Positions 19,072 to 29,292 of a stretch of 64,000 nucleotides of DNA are shown piece by piece. Origin of the DNA: an uncultured delta proteobacterium (GTDB lineage: Bacteria > Desulfobacterota > Desulfobacteria > Desulfobacterales > SG8-13); assembly GCA_963848135.1 (NCBI GenBank), contig CAWKCK010000003.1, positions 992,001 to 1,056,000 on the forward strand, written 5' to 3'. The translations under genes and the position numbers were made by a program. The first letter of the stretch is position 1, and the number at the start of each line of letters is the position of its first letter. Under the pieces are notes generated by a model, which made no database searches, was not told where the DNA came from, and saw only the letters and a program-made list of their open reading frames with translations.

Positions 19072-19734
19072 ATGAAGTTGTTGATGAAACGTATTGTGTT
19101 CGTTGGGGCTTGCTTGATGCTGTTCACTGGCCCGGTTCATGCCGCTGCCATGTACGTGACCGACATCGTCGAGATTACACTGAGGACAGGCCCGAGCCTG
19201 CAAAATAAGATTCTGACGTTTCTCCAGTCCGGTCAGCGTTTGGATATAATTCAGAAAGGTGAAGAATGGTCCCAGGTGCGAACATCGGGAGGCAGCGAAG
19301 GGTGGGTATTGACCCGCTACCTGACGCCGCAGCCCACGAGCAGGATTACACTGGAAAGACTCGAGGAAAAGTACAACAGTTTGACGGCTCAGAATGCGGC
19401 CCTTGTTAAGGAAAACAACGAGATTAAAGGTGAAAATAGAAAATTTTCAACAAATCTCAACACAACCGACAAGGATTTGAAACAGGTGCGCAGCGAATAT
19501 GAGACTCTCAAGGCGGAATCGGGGGAATTTCTATCCTTGAAAGCCAAATTTGAAAAAACGTCGGCCCGGCTTCAAGAGGAGACCAACAAGGCTCAACTGC
19601 TGGAGGAACAGGTCACGAAGCTCGAAAGGAGTTATGCGATCAAGTGGTTTCTGGCTGGAGCCGGGGTTCTACTTTTTGGCTTGATTATCGGTTTCAGTCT
19701 CAAGCGGCAGCGCCGGAGACCGTCTCTTTTGTAA
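19072..19734 (+). CDS. SH3 domain membrane protein (YgiM/TIGR04211-like)
   Basis: Signal peptide, YVTD...LRTGPS...EGWVLTRYL SH3b domain, coiled coil, C-terminal TM WFLAGAGVLLFGLIIG and basic tail. Confidence 0.9.
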   Translation: MKLLMKRIVFVGACLMLFTGPVHAAAMYVTDIVEITLRTGPSLQNKILTFLQSGQRLDIIQKGEEWSQVRTSGGSEGWVLTRYLTPQPTSRITLERLEEKYNSLTAQNAALVKENNEIKGENRKFSTNLNTTDKDLKQVRSEYETLKAESGEFLSLKAKFEKTSARLQEETNKAQLLEEQVTKLERSYAIKWFLAGAGVLLFGLIIGFSLKRQRRRPSLL

Positions 19735-19844
19735 TATCCGCAATCAGTATATTGCCGATTGCCATCTGACCTAAGAGCCTATCCGTACTTTGCTTTTCTC
19801 TGCAGCTTGCAGAATAGGCGTCATTCCGGGGGGGGCACTCCCGT

Positions 19845-20117
19845 CTAATCGTCGTCGTCCTCCCCGTCATCTACCGCATAATCGAAATGCGTCACCGTGA
19901 GCGATTTCGTTCCGTCCTCGCTGGTGGAAAGCCGCCCGGTGACCTGAACCTCCTCATCGATCATGTTAAGTAGTTTTTCCCCGGTCCGGTTCATTTCGAC
20001 AATGTATTCTTCATCTTCAGTGGAAATCATTACACCGGAATTGTCATCATCTTCATCCAAGGGATCCACAAAACCAATTATGGTAATTTCTTCCTGCGCT
20101 GTCCTTTTCTTTTTCAT
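19845..20117 (-). CDS. Small acidic hypothetical protein (OB-fold-like)
   Basis: 90 aa with a beta-strand pattern (ITIIGFV, EEVQVTG); sigma-54 promoter upstream. Confidence 0.75.
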   Translation of the reverse strand: MKKKRTAQEEITIIGFVDPLDEDDDNSGVMISTEDEEYIVEMNRTGEKLLNMIDEEVQVTGRLSTSEDGTKSLTVTHFDYAVDDGEDDDD

Positions 20118-20204
20118 CTGTTTTACCCTTATTTTAATATAATTAAGTGAATCAATATTCGAGTCAGAGCGTTTATCGTGATCGTTCCGAGATCAAAGAT
20201 AACC

Positions 20205-20220
20205 AGCAATTAGTATGCCG
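20205..20220 (-). promoter_or_regulatory. Sigma-54 (-24/-12) promoter
   Basis: Minus strand CGGCATACTAATTGCT (GG-N10-GC), about 90 nt upstream of ATG 20117. Confidence 0.75.
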
Positions 20221-20572
20221 CATAAAAAAAAATAATAAAACCTAAAATTTAAGCCTCAGCCGGCCACACTCTCTTGACGAAAGGCGTTCTGCCGGGCAGG
20301 GTGACCGCCATTGCTCGGCGAGCTTCATCGAATTTGAATATGGATCGATTGATTCTGTCGCCAGCAAAAAGCGGAACCGTAGGTTCCGCAACCAGACAGC
20401 CATAGACTTGACTGTCACGACTCTTGACATACAGGGCAATGCTATCCGGTTGTTCGTCGCGATATGATGTGATAGTGTTTAGACGCTGAATTGACTGTTG
20501 TTTCGGCCGGGTTGGAAAAGGAGACCGGCCGTGTCGGTCATTATGATTGGCAATTCCAGAACTGGAGGACCA

Positions 20573-22216
20573 ATGAGAAAATCATGGATCGCCGCGTTGT
20601 TGCTTGTAATTGCACTTAACTTTCCGGCTTTTGGCGGAATTAATGTGCCCACGACCATCAGCGATGTTACCCTGTTCTCAAACCAGGCGCTCGTCACCAG
20701 GAAAGCGGGAATGGACGTCCATCAAGGGGTCAATGAAATTCAGATTTCTATCGATGCGTTCCGTATCGACACGGATTCGGTCACGGCACGGGTGTTCGGC
20801 GAGGGGGAAATCCTCAGTGTTCAATACAAAGAGTTGCCGGTCGTCGAAGCCCCTCAGGATATTATCAAGAACATCGTAAAAAAGATCGAGGCGCTGCAAA
20901 ACAACCGCCAGGAGCTGGTGGACAAAAAGCGGATCCTTCAGAATAAGGCAAGTTTTCTGGGTGCGTTCCTCGACTTTTCACAAACCCAAATACCTAAGGA
21001 CATCAAGACCCGGCTGCCGACTGTTGAAGATCTCGAAAATACGCTCGCTTTTCTAGATACCGGTTTCGGGAAAATATATTCGGGACTGCAGTCCCTTGAC
21101 ATTGAACTGAAAAAACGGGATGCCGAGATCACGGCGTTGGAAGAGGAACTGCAAGCCCGTCAGAGCGGCGCCAAAACCAAAGCCAAAGTCATCGAGATTC
21201 AATTCAATTCCGCGAAGTCGCAAAACATCAGGGTTGAAACCCAATATCTTGTCCGCAATGCCGGTTGGTCGCCCCTCTATAAAGTTTCGGTATCCTCCGG
21301 ATTTGATGCCATCGACCTGACCATGTTTGCAAAGATTGTCCAGAAGTCGGGTGAAAATTGGTCATCGGCGACCCTTTCCATTTCAAACGTAATTCCCTTG
21401 AGAGGTGTTCGCCTGCCGTCTCTTTCGAGCTGGATACTCGACGCGCCGCGTCCCATGGCGCGAATTGCAGGACGGTCTGGTGTTGCCGCGCAGAAGTCAG
21501 CGCCGGCCCTGATGGTGGATGAATCGGCAGATGCGGAAGCAAGACCGGAGGAGGCGGATTTTGCCAAGACAGAAGTGCGCCAACTACCTTTGTCATTTGA
21601 GTATGTTCTACCGCAGCCGATAGACATCGAATCCCGGGACAAAGAAACGGTTCTGCCCCTCTTTACAAAAAGTTTGCAGGGCACCGTTTCGCATTTAATC
21701 GTACCGCAAAAGAGTCTGCGAACTTATCTGGTTGCCCGGATCAGAGCGGATAAGGAACTGCTGCCCGGGCCCCTCAACATTTATTTCGATGGTCGATACG
21801 TCGGTAAGACCCATCTGGCGGAGAAGCGGGCCGGGGAAAGCTTTGACCTGGCCCTTGGTGCTGATCGGGAGGTGGCCGTCAAACGGGAGAAAATTCGCGA
21901 CAAGATCAAAGAGACTACCTTTTTCGGCAAGGTTGAGAGAGATACCGTTGTACGTGAGGTGGCATACAAGATAACGGTCGAGAATCTCAAGAGTATTCCG
22001 GCAGTGGTGAAGGTCGTTGACAACATCCCGGTATCACGAACAGACCGGATTGAGGTCAATGATCTTGTCATAACCCCCAAGCCCAATGAGGAGAATGTTA
22101 ATGACCGCGAAGGGGTCATGCGGTGGAATTTCGATCTTGCTCCTTCCGAAAAGCGGGAAATCAATATGTCCTTCGTCGTAAGCTATCCGAAAGAATTTTT
22201 TATTCCCGATTTTTAG
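20573..22216 (+). CDS. DUF4140/DUF4139 (MuiA-like) exported protein
   Basis: Signal peptide after a GGAGG RBS; ISDVTLFSNQALVTR, coiled coil, AGWSPLY, QKSGENW, LLPGP...YVG. Confidence 0.88.
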   Translation: MRKSWIAALLLVIALNFPAFGGINVPTTISDVTLFSNQALVTRKAGMDVHQGVNEIQISIDAFRIDTDSVTARVFGEGEILSVQYKELPVVEAPQDIIKNIVKKIEALQNNRQELVDKKRILQNKASFLGAFLDFSQTQIPKDIKTRLPTVEDLENTLAFLDTGFGKIYSGLQSLDIELKKRDAEITALEEELQARQSGAKTKAKVIEIQFNSAKSQNIRVETQYLVRNAGWSPLYKVSVSSGFDAIDLTMFAKIVQKSGENWSSATLSISNVIPLRGVRLPSLSSWILDAPRPMARIAGRSGVAAQKSAPALMVDESADAEARPEEADFAKTEVRQLPLSFEYVLPQPIDIESRDKETVLPLFTKSLQGTVSHLIVPQKSLRTYLVARIRADKELLPGPLNIYFDGRYVGKTHLAEKRAGESFDLALGADREVAVKREKIRDKIKETTFFGKVERDTVVREVAYKITVENLKSIPAVVKVVDNIPVSRTDRIEVNDLVITPKPNEENVNDREGVMRWNFDLAPSEKREINMSFVVSYPKEFFIPDF

Positions 22217-22489
22217 TAATAATTAATACAGTTGTCAGAGCGAATCCTTGTGGATAGCGGCAATTCCCATTAGCAGCCTACCGGCCCGGAAGATGATGAA
22301 CATGAGAGACATTCCCAGCGTGGGTGCCAAGAATGACTGCCGCACGGATAGAGTAGGATCTCTTTGACCAGGCACCGTATGCGTGTGTTTATCTCCCGAA
22401 ATTGGCAAAAGCGGAGCCGAGGACCGCGTTTCTCGCAGGCAGAACCATCCGCCGGCGACCTTATGCAAGGGAATTCGGATAAGTGCGGG

Positions 22490-23059
22490 TTAGCGTGTAA
22501 TAATGAAATGGACCCGCCGATTTTGTTTCCAGGCGTCTTCGGAGTTACCACGGTCAACGGGACGTTCTTCCCCGTAGCTGACCGTTGTTATACGGGATGC
22601 AGCAATCCCCAATGCCATGAGATACTGTTGGGTTGTCCTGGCGCGTTGTTCTCCCAGGGCCAGGTTATATTCATTCGTTCCGCGTTCGTCGCAATGCCCT
22701 TCAATGATGATCAGAATGCCGGAGTTGTCCTTCATATATTGGGCCTTGTTGCGCAAGATTTCCTGGGCCTGAGGGTTCAGCAAGGCACTATCATAGTCAA
22801 AGTAGATATCCTCATTTTCGAATGCCTCGCGTGCTGCGGCCGCTTCACTTGGTGACAGTGCTGTCGCGTCGCCCGAACCGGTGCCGCCGAGGGACTCTTC
22901 CGAAATGCTGCCGGCTCCGCCTTCGCCGGCCTGCCGCTGAGCTTCGGATTCATAGGCTGACGATCCTGAAGGTCCCGAGCTCACGATCGGTTTGGTGCAG
23001 GCGGATACGAGTAGCGTTACGGGAATTACGATAATTAAGAAAAGTTGCATTTTTCGCAT
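22490..23059 (-). CDS. pal: Peptidoglycan-associated lipoprotein (OmpA-like domain)
   Basis: Lipobox LVSAC; IYFDYDS, IEGHCDERGTNEYNLALGEQRA, SYGEERP, NRR. Confidence 0.93.
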   Translation of the reverse strand: MRKMQLFLIIVIPVTLLVSACTKPIVSSGPSGSSAYESEAQRQAGEGGAGSISEESLGGTGSGDATALSPSEAAAAREAFENEDIYFDYDSALLNPQAQEILRNKAQYMKDNSGILIIIEGHCDERGTNEYNLALGEQRARTTQQYLMALGIAASRITTVSYGEERPVDRGNSEDAWKQNRRVHFIITR

Positions 23060-23419
23060 GGGAGTGACCTCCAACTATGTTGGTTGTTGACTTCAGGGCC
23101 CTGGGTGAATTGCCCAGTTGGGATGATATTCTGGCTTATATAGCACAAGCCCATTCGGTTTTCAAAATCCGAATGTAAAGTCGATACGATTTAGATTTAC
23201 TCGGAGATTTTCTATAATGCACTTTGGGTCTATCGGTGTTTAATGCCGCCGGTTGACAGCACCGTTCCCGGCATAACCGGCCCCGGTACCCGAGGAAAAA
23301 AAGGTTTGGTCGGAGAACGGGTTGTCAAAAAAAACGATGAATGATACGTAAGGTCCGCGATTGTTACCTGGATTTTTTTGTGACGCTATACGAACCTGTC
23401 GTTTATCAAGCGGATCAAC

Positions 23420-24742
23420 ATGCATCATCAAACTCAGTGGCGAGCTTATCAAGATAAACTCAAACGCGAGGCCATGCTTGCCCGTTATAAAAAGAAGCTT
23501 TTCTTGGCCGGTTGGGCTGTCTTCGGTATTGTTTTGATGACTTTGGCCGGGATTTGGTTGAGTAGCCGGATTCAGCCGACCGTCACAGCTGCGCCAACAG
23601 CTGCACCAAAAGCAAAGCCACAGCCACACCTCCGTGAGCCTGAAGAGTTCTCCCACAAGAAGATTGCGACGATCCTATCGCCGGCGAATGGAAACGGGTT
23701 CAAGTTGGGTGAAGAGCTGGTAGTGGAGGATGGCGGTGTTCGCTATACGTTTAAAACGACGATAAACGCCAAACTGCAATCATACATTGATCGAATGCTC
23801 AATCGTTCCAAAACACTTCAGGCCGCGGTGGTGGTACTCAATCCCCACGACGGGAGAGTCCTGGCAATGTCCAGCCATGACAAAAATGGCAACAGTGCCA
23901 ATCTATGCCTGAAGGCCGAATACCCTGCGGCCAGCTTGTTCAAAATCGTATCGGCCGCTGCAGCACTTGAAGCGGCTGGCTACACACCGGAAAAAAAACT
24001 CTATTTTAATGGCAGCCGGCACACTTTATATAAAAACCAGCTGAAGGAGCGGCGGGGACGTTACACAACCGAGACGAAATTACGCAAGGCGTTTGCCGCG
24101 TCCAACAATTCCGTTTTCGGTAAACTGGGGATCCATGTTCTTGGACCACAGGTCATGGCCGATTATGCCAGTAAATTTTATTTCAATCGACCGATCCCCT
24201 TTGACATCCCGGTGGAGATGAGCGCCACAGAAGTTCCCGAGGATGATTTTGGATTGGCTGAAATCGCTTCGGGCTTCAACAAGGAAACGAGGGTTTCCCC
24301 CCTGCATGCCGCCCTGCTGTCCTGTACGATCGTGAATAACGGTAAAATGGTGGCCCCGCGGGTAATCGACACCGTCAGGGATGACGCCCAAGCTGTCGTT
24401 TACCGAAGTCATTACCGTACGCTGGGCGCATCAATCAGTACCAAGACGGCCAATGATTTGAAATTGATGATGGAGGATACGGTCAATTATGGAACCGGTC
24501 GTAAGACTTTCCGAAAACTGCGCCGGCGTAAAATGTTCAGAAATTTTGATCTGGGAGCAAAAACCGGAACCATAAACGATGTCACGGATCAGTTCAAATT
24601 CGATTGGGTGACAGCTTTTGCTCTGCCACCGGGCGAGACCGATGGCATATGTGTCGGCATATTGGCGGTTCATGGAGAGAAACTCGGTACAAGGGCAACA
24701 GAGATGGTGCGAGCAATTATTGATTACAATTTTAGATCGTAG
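23420..24742 (+). CDS. Penicillin-binding protein, transpeptidase domain only
   Basis: N-terminal TM; SxxK (ASLFK), SxN (SNN) and KTG motifs. Confidence 0.88.
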   Translation: MHHQTQWRAYQDKLKREAMLARYKKKLFLAGWAVFGIVLMTLAGIWLSSRIQPTVTAAPTAAPKAKPQPHLREPEEFSHKKIATILSPANGNGFKLGEELVVEDGGVRYTFKTTINAKLQSYIDRMLNRSKTLQAAVVVLNPHDGRVLAMSSHDKNGNSANLCLKAEYPAASLFKIVSAAAALEAAGYTPEKKLYFNGSRHTLYKNQLKERRGRYTTETKLRKAFAASNNSVFGKLGIHVLGPQVMADYASKFYFNRPIPFDIPVEMSATEVPEDDFGLAEIASGFNKETRVSPLHAALLSCTIVNNGKMVAPRVIDTVRDDAQAVVYRSHYRTLGASISTKTANDLKLMMEDTVNYGTGRKTFRKLRRRKMFRNFDLGAKTGTINDVTDQFKFDWVTAFALPPGETDGICVGILAVHGEKLGTRATEMVRAIIDYNFRS

Positions 24743-24833
24743 AACGGGCGCGAATAGCTCTGGTTGGGCACAGTGTTAAAAAACGTCCTGGTTTCCAGCA
24801 AGAAAAGGCAAAACAACAATCTGCCCAAACCTG

Positions 24834-25148
24834 TCAGCATACACAGGTTTCGCCATCTCCTTCCTTCCAGTCGTTGCAAGACACGTAACGATGGCACTCG
24901 GGGCAGTAAAAATAATTCGGGTAACAGTTATCCCCGCATCTACGGCATCTTCGCCCCAGATCGGGTTTTTCCCTGCTCGATATTTTTTTTAAGCCCTTCT
25001 TGACCAGGCGGTATTTTCGCCTTTCCTGAGCCAATTGTCTACGGCGCCTTTCATCCCGGCAACTCGCACGGTCGCAGTAAGCGCGGGTTGCCTGTTTGGG
25101 AGGAACTCGGAATTGTTTTCCGCAGACGCGGCAGGTTTTCCTGAGCAT
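24834..25148 (-). CDS. Small basic double zinc-finger protein
   Basis: CRVC...CDRASC and CRRC...CPEC clusters joined by an Arg/Lys-rich helix. Confidence 0.7.
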   Translation of the reverse strand: MLRKTCRVCGKQFRVPPKQATRAYCDRASCRDERRRRQLAQERRKYRLVKKGLKKISSREKPDLGRRCRRCGDNCYPNYFYCPECHRYVSCNDWKEGDGETCVC

Positions 25149-25565
25149 ATCAGATCACCATATTTGCCTTTAGCAGGATCCACTTGTGCTGAATTCTGCT
25201 ATAGGACACAACCGAACAATTAAAATCAATAATGTAACAGGATGAATACGGCTCGCTGGTAATGAAATTCAATGGTTCTGACGCCTAACCAGGTAAGCCT
25301 GAATATTCAACGAAACGAGCGGTCGGAGAGTTTTTATTGGAGGGTAACGCCTTGGATGACGCCTGATTTTTTCAACGGTGGCGCCTTTTCAAAATGGAGC
25401 ATCCTGGGGGTAACGATTGCGCTTGAAGCAGTCAGCGTTTAGGCTCCACGACTTTTCGTTTACGTCAGGAATCTAAGGTAATCACAGGTCACAGGATTTC
25501 AATCGAAAAAAACATGGCCTTGAGAAGGAAATGGTAGGTAAAGGGAGGTCAGGTATTCGCGCTTA

Positions 25566-25606
25566 ACAGAAAAACCCCGAATGTATTGCATCCGGGGTTT
25601 TTCTGT
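25566..25606. terminator. Bidirectional intrinsic terminator-like hairpin
   Basis: ACAGAAAAACCCCG...CGGGGTTTTTCTGT, a 14-bp perfect inverted repeat downstream of the 25771-25992 gene. Confidence 0.75.
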
Positions 25607-25770
25607 ATACAACCAACGGCTTTCAAATCTGACGATAAGGGCCCGTGAACATTTCTTAAAAGGGCCCGAAACCTAAATTTACCCAAAATCCGGAAATCAT
25701 ATTCTGCACGTGCATATCAGTTGCCGCATTCTTGGCCCATCGCGGTAACGCTTACGTCGGCGACCAATCG

Positions 25771-25992
25771 TTATTTGGCCGGAACGTAAGGTATGTCAAT
25801 TCCCCACCACTCCTGCTCGGCGGAAGATTGGGCATCTTGGGCCGTCGGGTTTTTGTAACCCGCCATGCTGAATTTCGCATGATCCAAGTTTTTATACATG
25901 GCCCTGTGTTCAAAAAATTCGGATTCCTTGGCCGTGTGTCCGCAACCCGCCAAAAACGCCAATGCCAAACCTGCAATGATCACTTTTTTCAT
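25771..25992 (-). CDS. Small lipoprotein (73 aa)
   Basis: MKK, hydrophobic stretch and LAGC lipobox; GGAGG RBS. Confidence 0.85.
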   Translation of the reverse strand: MKKVIIAGLALAFLAGCGHTAKESEFFEHRAMYKNLDHAKFSMAGYKNPTAQDAQSSAEQEWWGIDIPYVPAK

Positions 25993-26347
25993 CTTTTCCT
26001 CCTCCCTTTAAAGTTCCTTTGATTCATACTTTCCAACGGCTACCCTGAAATCCCCCGGTTTCCGATTGAAAAATTTTTCTAGCTCCTCAACATAAGCAAC
26101 TTTATTGACTCGTCGGCGTTTGTCAAGGGAAATCGTGCTAAAATTTATAAGATTCCATACGACTTACGGACATATCGCTTACATCGTCGGACACCTTTCC
26201 CATGCAACATAAATACAGTGTCATACCATTGTCATCCCGGCAAATTTTGGCATGCAATGTGACGATTTTTGACGCAATAGTGCCCGTTTTACGGCTCTTG
26301 GGTAATTAACTGTCTAATAATTAATCAAAAAATTGAAAAAGGGACTG

Positions 26348-26363
26348 TGGCCTGATTCTTGCT
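26348..26363 (+). promoter_or_regulatory. Sigma-54 (-24/-12) promoter
   Basis: TGGCCTGATTCTTGCT (GG-N10-GC), about 60 nt upstream of the lipoprotein/M48 operon, preceded by an AT-rich tract. Confidence 0.72.
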
Positions 26364-26421
26364 TGGTTTTCTGGAGCTGATCCAAATTCATTCCAGCGTA
26401 TCGTTTTAGCTGACAAGGCAC

Positions 26422-27111
26422 TTGAAATTGGCGCCCAAAACAGATTTTCATCATAAATTTATCTTATTTCGTCGCTCACTCCTTTTATTGTATCTGAGTT
26501 GCTGGTTAATGGCCTGCGCGGCTTCGACGGAAAGACGTCATCCTGAATTCAGCGATAAAATTGAGCCGATCAAGATCCTCTGTATTCTCCCGGCGGATGT
26601 TATCATTTACGAGGAGATGCCAGATGGCCGCCTCATTCACCGTAGAGATTGGAGTCAGGCCGTCAACGAAGACGTTCAACGCACTCTCGTTAGTGAATTA
26701 ATGGCCAGAGACTACCGCGTATTGACTTTTCCTCAGATTGAAATGTCCCAAAACGCCGAATTGCAAGAGATTCTCGCTCTCTATCGGGCTGTCAACAAAT
26801 CGATCCAACTTCACACCTTCGGGCCAGATATATTCCCTACCAAGAAAGCGCACTTTAATTTTTCGGTTGGATCTTTAGCTGCTCTGCGAGAGAGGAATGA
26901 CGCCGATGCTTTTGTATTCGTTCGCGTACTGTACAAAGTTTCGGACCAGCAGGCACGAAGCTATGTCAGTCTCGGTCTGGCGGATGGCACCGGTACGATT
27001 CTTTGGTATGGTGCCAATGGGGGCAAGCTAACTGCCGGAGAGGGTCGTTTTGACGGCACTCTGGCACTCGTTAAGAATATTCTGGCTGACTTCCCGGAGG
27101 GCAGGCTGTGA
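26422..27111 (+). CDS. Putative lipoprotein (alpha/beta fold)
   Basis: Lipobox-like WLMAC after a hydrophobic run; overlaps the next gene by 4 nt (GTGA). Confidence 0.75.
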   Translation: MKLAPKTDFHHKFILFRRSLLLLYLSCWLMACAASTERRHPEFSDKIEPIKILCILPADVIIYEEMPDGRLIHRRDWSQAVNEDVQRTLVSELMARDYRVLTFPQIEMSQNAELQEILALYRAVNKSIQLHTFGPDIFPTKKAHFNFSVGSLAALRERNDADAFVFVRVLYKVSDQQARSYVSLGLADGTGTILWYGANGGKLTAGEGRFDGTLALVKNILADFPEGRL

Positions 27112-28265
27112 GCAGGTGGCGGCGGATGGGGGGCATTGTCCTAATTCTGTGCGGTTATTGCACCGGGGTCTGGGCTGCAGAATTGGCGTCCCTGGATTCT
27201 GAAGAGGCGGATGTCCGGGCCCTTATGGAATTGGCCTCAGAGGATCAGCAGCTTCTCGAAAACAGCGGAGTACTCTACCGCAACGAGGTACTGGAGCCAT
27301 ATTTGAACCGGGTCGCCGAGCGGTTGGATGCCAGGGCCGTTTCCCCACACGGTGGTTTCAGGGTAAAAATGATCAAGGATCCCCACCTGAATGCTTTCAC
27401 TTATCCGGACGGCACCTGTTATATCCAAACCGGGATTCTGGCACGCCTTGAGAACGAGGCCCAGTTGGCAGCTTTGCTAGCACATGAATTGGCTCATTAC
27501 GTAAAAAACCATGCCGCTAACGGTATTCGACGATTCCATCGCCGTTTAGGAAGCGAGCTTTCCCACCAGTCACTTGATCGGGACGCATCTGCATCGCGTG
27601 CTCAGATACGTCGGCGCATTGAATGTGTCTGGTCCGGTTACCATCACGAAGCCGAATATGAGGCAGATCGTGATGCATTGAAGTTCATGATCCGCGCCGG
27701 CTACGATCCCTATGAAGCCTTGCGGCTTTTCGGCCACCTGGCCGAAGAGATGTCAAGGGAAAACCTGAAAGAGCCGGTCATCTCAGGTTCGCATCCCCGG
27801 CTGCAGGCCCGTATTAAAAAATGTAAGGAATTTCTGGAAATTTTGAAGCCCCAAAACCGCAACGCATTGGATGAGATCGGGAATTACGGAGAACATATTC
27901 AAAATCTTCTGATAGAGAATATCGGTTTAGAAATCCAGGCGGGAAGATTCGAGCAGGCGCTGCAAGCCTCGGAGAGATATTTGACGTTGTGGCCCGATGA
28001 TGCCCGGGGCCACTATTTGTTGGGAGAAATTTACCGTCAGCAGGACCACAACGGAACTGACGTCACCCGGGCCGAATCGTGCTTCAAGCGAGCTATCGGT
28101 CTTGACGACAGCTATCCCGAACCTTACCGAGCTCTCGGATTGCTTTACTATAAAACGGGTCTGTCGCAGCAGGCCAAGCCATACTTGGAGGCCAGCCTTA
28201 CGTTGGCGCCGGATGCCCCGGAAAATGCTTACCTCCGGAAATATATCAGCCAAATCCAGCCCTGA
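27108..28265 (+). CDS. M48-family metalloprotease with C-terminal TPRs (BepA-like)
   Basis: NAF...G, AHELAH (HExxH), EYEAD, AGYDP, SHP, then TPR repeats. Confidence 0.9.
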   Translation: MSRWRRMGGIVLILCGYCTGVWAAELASLDSEEADVRALMELASEDQQLLENSGVLYRNEVLEPYLNRVAERLDARAVSPHGGFRVKMIKDPHLNAFTYPDGTCYIQTGILARLENEAQLAALLAHELAHYVKNHAANGIRRFHRRLGSELSHQSLDRDASASRAQIRRRIECVWSGYHHEAEYEADRDALKFMIRAGYDPYEALRLFGHLAEEMSRENLKEPVISGSHPRLQARIKKCKEFLEILKPQNRNALDEIGNYGEHIQNLLIENIGLEIQAGRFEQALQASERYLTLWPDDARGHYLLGEIYRQQDHNGTDVTRAESCFKRAIGLDDSYPEPYRALGLLYYKTGLSQQAKPYLEASLTLAPDAPENAYLRKYISQIQP

Positions 28266-28340
28266 CGCCTCTAAGTGACACCCGTATGCCGGCTGGAGAG
28301 ATTCAGATAAACGGTCACGAACCCGATTGCCCAAACGGTA

Positions 28341-28892
28341 ATGATTATGAAAATGGCACTCACAATCCTTGTCTTATTCAGCCTCATCGGCGGTTGTGCT
28401 ACCTGGAGCCCCGTCGACGGACGTCTGAATGCCGCGGGTTACATTGTTGATATCCCCCAAGGTTGGATGAAGTTTGATTCCGGTGGGAACATAATGATTT
28501 CGCGTGATGGGCCTTATCTTCAGTATGTTCTGTTGCAGGAACGCCGCATCGATCAAGCCTTTTATCATACCCGCAAACGCCTGACCGCCCATATGCTGCC
28601 CCAGGAAGCCGCGCAGATCATTATTGACGACCTGTCTTCTGACAGGGCTGTACAAAACTTATCCGTTTTGGAGAACACACCGGCCATAATCGACGGGCAT
28701 GACGGATTCATGCTGCATTACAGCTACCGCAACCAACAGGGGCTTCTCCTAAAAACCGCTTACTATGGTTTCATTAATGAACGGGTTTACTACAGTCTCA
28801 GGTTCACCGCCCCCCAACGGTATTATTTCGAAAAAGATATCCGTACATTCGAATCCATCCTGTCAAATTTTCATCTGGTAGCCACACGTTAG
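28341..28892 (+). CDS. Putative lipoprotein (PsbP/DUF1795-like fold)
   Basis: LIGGC lipobox; IPQGW; C-terminal YSLRFTAP...FESILSNF pattern. Confidence 0.75.
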   Translation: MIMKMALTILVLFSLIGGCATWSPVDGRLNAAGYIVDIPQGWMKFDSGGNIMISRDGPYLQYVLLQERRIDQAFYHTRKRLTAHMLPQEAAQIIIDDLSSDRAVQNLSVLENTPAIIDGHDGFMLHYSYRNQQGLLLKTAYYGFINERVYYSLRFTAPQRYYFEKDIRTFESILSNFHLVATR

Positions 28893-28996
28893 TCCCCCAG
28901 GATTTGAAATAAAACTCAGGGCTGGATCCACACCGAATGACGCGACCAGCTGGGCTGTTCGCTGCTGTTGCGGCGACCGCCGCGGCCTCAGCGCGT

Positions 28997-29185
28997 TCAG
29001 TTTCTATCTTTGGAAAGTGCGCCGAATGGCGCTCTATCTCCGAATACGCTTTGAGGACCCGGTTGCCGTCTCACACGGTGACTCCCACAGCGGGTGCAGC
29101 GAGAGTCACCGGCATCATCACCTTTATAAACCAGTCGAGTAAATCTGTGGTCGCATTGATCACACACGAATTCAATGGATGGCAT
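28997..29185 (-). CDS. FmdB-family zinc-ribbon protein
   Basis: MPSIEFVCDQCDHRF...CTRCGS. Confidence 0.85.
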   Translation of the reverse strand: MPSIEFVCDQCDHRFTRLVYKGDDAGDSRCTRCGSHRVRRQPGPQSVFGDRAPFGALSKDRN

Positions 29186-29292
29186 ATTTTCTCCCGCTTA
29201 GCGATTGCGCATCCTGATCTTTTTAGCGATTGCCAGCGTGCATGCGCGGTTTCGTACAGTAATTATTATTTCCATTTGATTCTTTCGAATTG

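Noticed and set aside
24730..24836. Possible selenocysteine read-through of the TGA ending the zinc-finger ORF (downstream frame is Cys-rich and includes LCPTRAI)
   Set aside because: I could identify no convincing SECIS hairpin or known selenoprotein motif, and the extension would run into the convergent PBP gene.
25405..25480. GEMM-like words on the minus strand (ACGAAAAGTCGTGGAGCCTAA...GTTACC) upstream of the zinc-finger gene
   Set aside because: There is no AAAC/P2 hairpin with a GNRA loop and no P3 complementarity. At best it is a decayed aptamer; an Infernal scan would be needed.
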